64,000 nucleotides of DNA from an uncultured Candidatus Saccharibacteria bacterium. Its GTDB lineage: Bacteria > Patescibacteriota > Saccharimonadia > Saccharimonadales > Saccharimonadaceae. The DNA is taken from positions 2,305 to 66,304 of the forward strand of contig CAUSOC010000003.1 in NCBI GenBank assembly GCA_963533325.1, in the 5' to 3' direction. Shown in pieces: positions 59,211 to 64,000 of this stretch. The notes beneath the pieces are model-generated. The model did no database searches. It was given only the letters and a program-made list of their open reading frames with translations, and was not told the DNA's origin. Both the position numbers and the translations under genes were made by a program. The first letter of the stretch is position 1; each line of letters opens with the position of its first letter.

Positions 59211-60989
59211 ATGAGAATCTCAGATAATACGATTGAGAAAATTCTGAAACAGGGTGGGATCTTAACAGAATCGCAGCTTGCTGATTTAAAGACGACCGCC
59301 GAACGTTCCAAGCGTACCCTGCAAGAGACCATCATTGAAGACAAGGTGCTAGAAGAACGCGAACTGGCTAAACTAGTTGGTGATTATATCGGGACGCCGT
59401 TTGTAGAAATTGAGCCAAAAGATATTCCTGATGAGGTCCTAAAACGCATCCCAGAGCATATCGCCCGGCAGTACAATGTCGTGCTGTTTGCGGTTGATGA
59501 AGATGGTGCGCCAATGCTGGCTATGGAAGACCCTGACGATGTGCAGGCTCTCAATTTTATCCAAAAAGAAATCGGCTATAACCTGCGCGTGTTCTTGGCG
59601 ACGAAAAGCAATATTCTGGATTGTTTGGAAAATTACCGCGGTGATGTGAACGACGAACTTGATGAAGTCATCGCCATCCAGAGGGACGATAGTGACGCCG
59701 AAAACGCCAAAGAGGAAGAATTTGCTGAAGATTCACCAATTGCGCAGACCGTCAACCTGCTGCTCGAGTACGCCATCAAATCACACGCTTCCGACATCCA
59801 CATTGAGCCACGCGAAGAGTTTGTCCAGGTGCGATACCGCATCGATGGCGTCCTCAGAGAAGTGAACAAGCTGCCCCACAATGTTCTGGGTGCGCTGGTC
59901 AGTCGCATCAAGATTTTGTCAAATTTGAAAATCGACGAACGCCGTGTGCCGCAAGATGGCCGCTTCAAAATCAAAGTCTCCGGTAAACAATATGCTTTGC
60001 GTGTATCAACACTGCCAATCGCTGACGGTGAAAAAATCGTCATGCGTGTGTTGGATGAATCAAATCAGGCGATTTCTCTGGATAAATTAGGCTATTGGGG
60101 GCTGTCTTTGGCTACCATCAAAAACGCCATGGCACAACCAAACGGTATGATTCTAGTGACCGGACCAACTGGTTCGGGAAAATCAACTTCCTTGTTTAGT
60201 GTGTTGTCAGAATTGAACACTCCTGACGTTAACATTTCAACCATTGAAGACCCGGTCGAATATAAAATCCCTGGCGTTAACCAGACCCAGACCAATGCCA
60301 AAGCCGGCATGACCTTTGCTTCAGGACTACGCGCACTGCTCCGTCAAGACCCAAACATCATCATGGTTGGAGAGATCCGTGATGGTGAAACTGCCAACCT
60401 CGGCGTGCAGGCGGCACTGACCGGACACTTGGTGTTCTCAACCCTCCACACCAACAATGCAGCCACCTGTTTGCCGCGTTTGCTCGACATGGATATTGAG
60501 CCGTTTTTGATCGCTAGTACGGTCAAGGCTGTCATCGGTCAGCGACTCGTCAGACGCTTGTGCCAATCCTGTCGCCAGGCCTACACCCCCAGCCAAGAAG
60601 AACTAAATTATATCACTCAAATGTTCAACATCACGCCAGAGTCAATGCCGCACCTACACGAGCTTGAAGAACAGGCCGCCTCAGAGAACATTGGCGGCGA
60701 TACACCAATGGGCACGACAGACGCAACCATCGTTCAGCTGTGGAAGCCATCGCCGGAAGGCTGTGACGAATGTGGGCACAACGGTTTCAAAGGTCGTGTT
60801 GGCATTTACGAAGTGCTGGGTATTTCCGTGGCTATCCAGAAAATGATCACCGCAAACGCCACCAGCAATGATATTCAAGAGCAAGCGATTAGCGAGGGTA
60901 TGATCACCATGCAGATGGATGGATTGATCAAATCATTCCGTGGCGTCACAACCATTGAGGAAATTTTACGTGCAACGAGGGAGCAATAA
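59211..60989 (+). CDS. pilB: Type IV pilus assembly ATPase PilB/GspE
   Basis: ASDIHIEP, GPTGSGKS, TIEDPVE, LRQDPNIIMVGEIRD, STLHTN. Confidence 0.95.
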   Translation: MRISDNTIEKILKQGGILTESQLADLKTTAERSKRTLQETIIEDKVLEERELAKLVGDYIGTPFVEIEPKDIPDEVLKRIPEHIARQYNVVLFAVDEDGAPMLAMEDPDDVQALNFIQKEIGYNLRVFLATKSNILDCLENYRGDVNDELDEVIAIQRDDSDAENAKEEEFAEDSPIAQTVNLLLEYAIKSHASDIHIEPREEFVQVRYRIDGVLREVNKLPHNVLGALVSRIKILSNLKIDERRVPQDGRFKIKVSGKQYALRVSTLPIADGEKIVMRVLDESNQAISLDKLGYWGLSLATIKNAMAQPNGMILVTGPTGSGKSTSLFSVLSELNTPDVNISTIEDPVEYKIPGVNQTQTNAKAGMTFASGLRALLRQDPNIIMVGEIRDGETANLGVQAALTGHLVFSTLHTNNAATCLPRLLDMDIEPFLIASTVKAVIGQRLVRRLCQSCRQAYTPSQEELNYITQMFNITPESMPHLHELEEQAASENIGGDTPMGTTDATIVQLWKPSPEGCDECGHNGFKGRVGIYEVLGISVAIQKMITANATSNDIQEQAISEGMITMQMDGLIKSFRGVTTIEEILRATREQ

Positions 60990-60992
60990 CAC

Positions 60993-62207
60993 ATGACTAG
61001 TTTTAGTTTTGTCGCGACAAAAAAAGATGGCTCAACGCTATCATCAACCATAGAGTCCAGTGATCGCGCGGCCGCCATCCGCTCAATCCAAGCGCAAGGG
61101 TTAAAATTGGTCAATCTCAAAGAAGCAGGTACAAAAACCGGTCGCAAACGTCGGCGCAAAATTAAGTCTGACGAATTGGTGATGTTTACTCGTCAGTTAA
61201 GCTCCATGGTCTCGGCTGGTGTGCCAATCCTCAGGTCACTGGAGTCAATGACAGAACATGCCGAAAGCGCATCATTCCGCTCAATCATTGGCGACGTCTC
61301 AAAAGACATCGAGAGTGGTTTGTCGTTTGCCGATGCACTGGCGCGACACCCCGACACCTTCAATGATGTCTACGTCAACATGGTTCGGGCTGGTGAAACT
61401 GGTGGTATTTTGGACGACATTTTGAAGCGCCTAGCCTTGCAGCAAGAAAAATCAGCCTCCATCAAGAAAAAGGTTAAAGGAGCCATGACCTACCCGATGG
61501 TACTAATCGTCATTACCATCGGTGCGTTCTTCGGCTTGATGATCTTTGTCCTACCAATGATTGGTAAAACCATCAAAGATTTGGCGGGAGAAGACGCCGA
61601 GCTACCAGCTTTGACCCAAGCCATGCTGGGGATCAGTGCCTTTATGGTCAATTTCTGGTATATCCTGCTGCCACTGGTTGGTGCAGCAATTTATGGTTTC
61701 TTGCGTTACATCAAAACACCTGGTGGCAAGAAAAAATATCATCACTTTTTGGTGCATGGACCAATTATCGGCAAAATCATGAAAAAAATCGCCATCGCTC
61801 GCTTCACTCGTACCTTCTCTTCCCTTATCGGCGCTGGTGTGGCGGTGTTGGAAGCACTTGAAGTGACCTCCAAAGCAGTTGGTAATAACGTCTATGAAGA
61901 ATCACTCAATAGTGCGGCCAAGCGCGTAAAAAACGGTGAGGTATTTTCAAAAATCATCGCTGAAGACGAGGTACTATATCCGCCAATCGTGGCACAGATG
62001 TTAGCAGTCGGTGAAGAAACCGGTCAAACCGATCAGGTCTTGGTTAAGGTGGCTGATTTTTACGAAGAAGAAGTCGATACCGCCATCGCCAGTATCAGCT
62101 CCACCATCGAGCCAGTGATGATTGTTTTCATGGGTGGCATGGTTGGCTTGATCGCCGCCAGTGTGATGATGCCAATTACCGGATTAGCAAATCAAATTAA
62201 GGGTTAG
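60993..62207 (+). CDS. pilC: Type IV pilus platform protein PilC/GspF
   Basis: FTRQLSSMVSAGVP, AGETGG, AMTYP, VGEETG, IEP. Confidence 0.95.
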   Translation: MTSFSFVATKKDGSTLSSTIESSDRAAAIRSIQAQGLKLVNLKEAGTKTGRKRRRKIKSDELVMFTRQLSSMVSAGVPILRSLESMTEHAESASFRSIIGDVSKDIESGLSFADALARHPDTFNDVYVNMVRAGETGGILDDILKRLALQQEKSASIKKKVKGAMTYPMVLIVITIGAFFGLMIFVLPMIGKTIKDLAGEDAELPALTQAMLGISAFMVNFWYILLPLVGAAIYGFLRYIKTPGGKKKYHHFLVHGPIIGKIMKKIAIARFTRTFSSLIGAGVAVLEALEVTSKAVGNNVYEESLNSAAKRVKNGEVFSKIIAEDEVLYPPIVAQMLAVGEETGQTDQVLVKVADFYEEEVDTAIASISSTIEPVMIVFMGGMVGLIAASVMMPITGLANQIKG

Positions 62208-62220
62208 CAAATCAAATTGG
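62181..62220. repeat. 20-bp tandem direct repeat at the pilC end / pilM promoter
   Basis: ggattagcaaatcaaattaa / gggttagcaaatcaaattgg. Confidence 0.8.
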
Positions 62221-62253
62221 TTATGGTATACTAAAAAAGAATTATATAAATGT

Positions 62254-63318
62254 GTGGGCAATATTGTGAGTTCTATATTTTACAAAAATAAACCAATCAT
62301 TGGATTTGATTTCAGCAAGGTAGGCGCCCGAGTCATGTCACTGGACGTCGCAAAAATGAGCGTTCACGGCTACGGTGCCATTGATTTCGATCCATCCAAG
62401 ATGTCTGACGATTTAGAAGTCTGCTCGGACTATATCGTTACGCGTATTAACGAATTGTTTGAAAAAAATCTAGTTGGCAAATTGAACAGTAACCGGGCGG
62501 TGCTTAGCCTGCCAACATCACGCACCTTCTCGCGTACCTTTACCGTGCCTAAAGCTCAGGAAGCATCTTTGCGAGACGCCGTCAACCTGGAAGTCGAACA
62601 GTATATACCGATGCCACCAGATCTGCTCTATGTTGACCACCAGATCATCAAGCGCGACAAAGATTCATTGACCGTACTGATGTGCGCTGCGCCGAAAAAA
62701 GACATCGAAGTGATGACGACCATCGCCAAACAATGTGGTATTGAAATTGCCATGATCGAGCCAAGCATCAACGCCATCGCTCGTATCCTAAAATCAACTG
62801 AAAGCGGCGGACTACCAACCGTCATTTTGGACATCGGACCATCGACCACAGACATCGCAATTTTAGACTCTGTTATACGCGTGACTTCTGGTGTTAACAT
62901 CGGCGGTAACACCTTCACTCTCAACATTGCCAAAAAACTCAATACACCACTGGAAGCAGCCCATCAGCTGAAAGTTCTGAGCGGTCTAAATTCTGGACCA
63001 AAGCAAGCGCAAATCACCAGTGCGCTTAAGCCAAGCTTGGAAACAGTCGTCAAAGAAACCCAAAAAATCATCCGCTACTACTCTGAACACTTCCCAAACG
63101 AGCCAAAGATGGAACAGTTACTCATCGTCGGTAGCGGCAGTAACATTCCAGGATTGGGTGATTATTTTACTAACGAGCTGATGATGCCAAGCCGTACGGC
63201 GAGCCCTTGGCAGGCATTGAACTTTAGCTCATTACAGCCGCCAACAAAGCAGCTGCGAACTCACCTAATGACAGTTGCAGGTTTAGCACTGGTTGATCCA
63301 AAGGAGATTTGGAAATGA
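62254..63318 (+). CDS. pilM: Type IV pilus assembly protein PilM
   Basis: IGFDF, EVEQYIP, LDIGPSTT, IGGNTFT, VGSGS, VAGLAL; follows pilC. Confidence 0.9.
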   Translation: MGNIVSSIFYKNKPIIGFDFSKVGARVMSLDVAKMSVHGYGAIDFDPSKMSDDLEVCSDYIVTRINELFEKNLVGKLNSNRAVLSLPTSRTFSRTFTVPKAQEASLRDAVNLEVEQYIPMPPDLLYVDHQIIKRDKDSLTVLMCAAPKKDIEVMTTIAKQCGIEIAMIEPSINAIARILKSTESGGLPTVILDIGPSTTDIAILDSVIRVTSGVNIGGNTFTLNIAKKLNTPLEAAHQLKVLSGLNSGPKQAQITSALKPSLETVVKETQKIIRYYSEHFPNEPKMEQLLIVGSGSNIPGLGDYFTNELMMPSRTASPWQALNFSSLQPPTKQLRTHLMTVAGLALVDPKEIWK

Positions 63319-63875
63319 TAAACTTATTACCTCAAGACGAAAAACGTCAAATCATCGCTGGACAAACCAACAGACTGTTGGCGCGTTATTGCATCATTTC
63401 GTTGGCATTGGCAGCACTACTGTTCATCTACATCGGCATATCTTACTTCATCTTGATGAAATCCAAGTCAGATGCTGAACAAACCATTGCTGAAAGTAAT
63501 CAACAATTGTCACAGTACAAAGAAGTCCAGCAACAAGCCAAGCAATTTTCGGACAACCTCAAAGTCGCAAAATCCATCTTAGACAAAGAAGTGCCATACT
63601 CAAAAATCGCAGTCAAAATAGCCCAGGCACTACCAAGAAACATTGTCCTACAATCTTTGGATCTGGACGCAACCACCTTTGGTAAACCAATCAGCCTTAC
63701 TACAAAAGGCAAAAGTTACAGTGACGCTCTGGAGCTAAAAACCGCCCTAGAGAACAAGAAAGACGTCTTCCAAAACGTCCATCTAGTGTCAGTAACCGCC
63801 AATGAAGCAAAGGACGGCTATCCAATGTCAATCGTCATCAGCGTTGTTATTCGCCCGGAGGTGATAAAATCATGA
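63315..63875 (+). CDS. pilN: Type IV pilus assembly protein PilN
   Basis: INLLP motif, TM, coiled coil; follows pilM. Confidence 0.87.
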   Translation: MINLLPQDEKRQIIAGQTNRLLARYCIISLALAALLFIYIGISYFILMKSKSDAEQTIAESNQQLSQYKEVQQQAKQFSDNLKVAKSILDKEVPYSKIAVKIAQALPRNIVLQSLDLDATTFGKPISLTTKGKSYSDALELKTALENKKDVFQNVHLVSVTANEAKDGYPMSIVISVVIRPEVIKS

Positions 63876-64000
63876 ATATACAAAAACTTCAACTAAACGC
63901 AACGTTGGCTCGCATTTTATTGTCATTAGCCCTCGTCTTGATATTGCTTGTTATGACCGCTGGGTTCTACATGGCGTACAATTTCATGAAAGATTCAGCT
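63872..64000 (+). CDS. Probable PilO, partial (runs off the right edge)
   Basis: ATGA overlap with pilN; GGAGG RBS; MNIQKLQLNATLARILLSLALVLILLVMTAGFY.. Confidence 0.6.
   Translation, partial: MNIQKLQLNATLARILLSLALVLILLVMTAGFYMAYNFMKDSA

Overview
Gene-dense chromosomal segment of a reduced-genome bacterium, most likely Saccharibacteria (TM7, Patescibacteria/CPR). This assignment is inferred from the gene set (C-terminally short AlaRS and TsaB, HTH-MurA, MurT/GatD, FtsA-like plus baseplate-J-like pair, type IV pilus genes, RpfB) and from TGA being used as a stop. Most of the window is housekeeping: DNA repair, tRNA modification, aminoacyl-tRNA synthetases, lower glycolysis, peptidoglycan synthesis and remodelling, type IV pilus genes and 8 tRNAs. 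The best candidate for a new system is an AT-rich island at about 33.65-37.13 kb, downstream of tRNA-Glu. Three divergent paralogous membrane-anchored genes (YLxNKYxxxFxVE motif) each have their own promoter. Each is followed by a translationally coupled 33-43 codon stub of the same partner gene (consensus M-x-T-x-x-YLxLSALAYxD), which is below the ORF-track cutoff. This looks like an array of orphan immunity cassettes whose partner effector, possibly a lipase, has been cut off. Other notable items: a strongly structured ~200-nt leader and a probable ATT start codon for a LysM-CHAP hydrolase, a frameshifted FtsA-like gene, pervasive leaderless promoters, a membrane-anchored Clp-like ATPase, a NUDIX-GpmA fusion, and a secreted beta-helix protein missed by the ORF track. 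No CRISPR array, rRNA, integrase or transposase was seen. All calls come from reading motifs by eye; no database searches were run.
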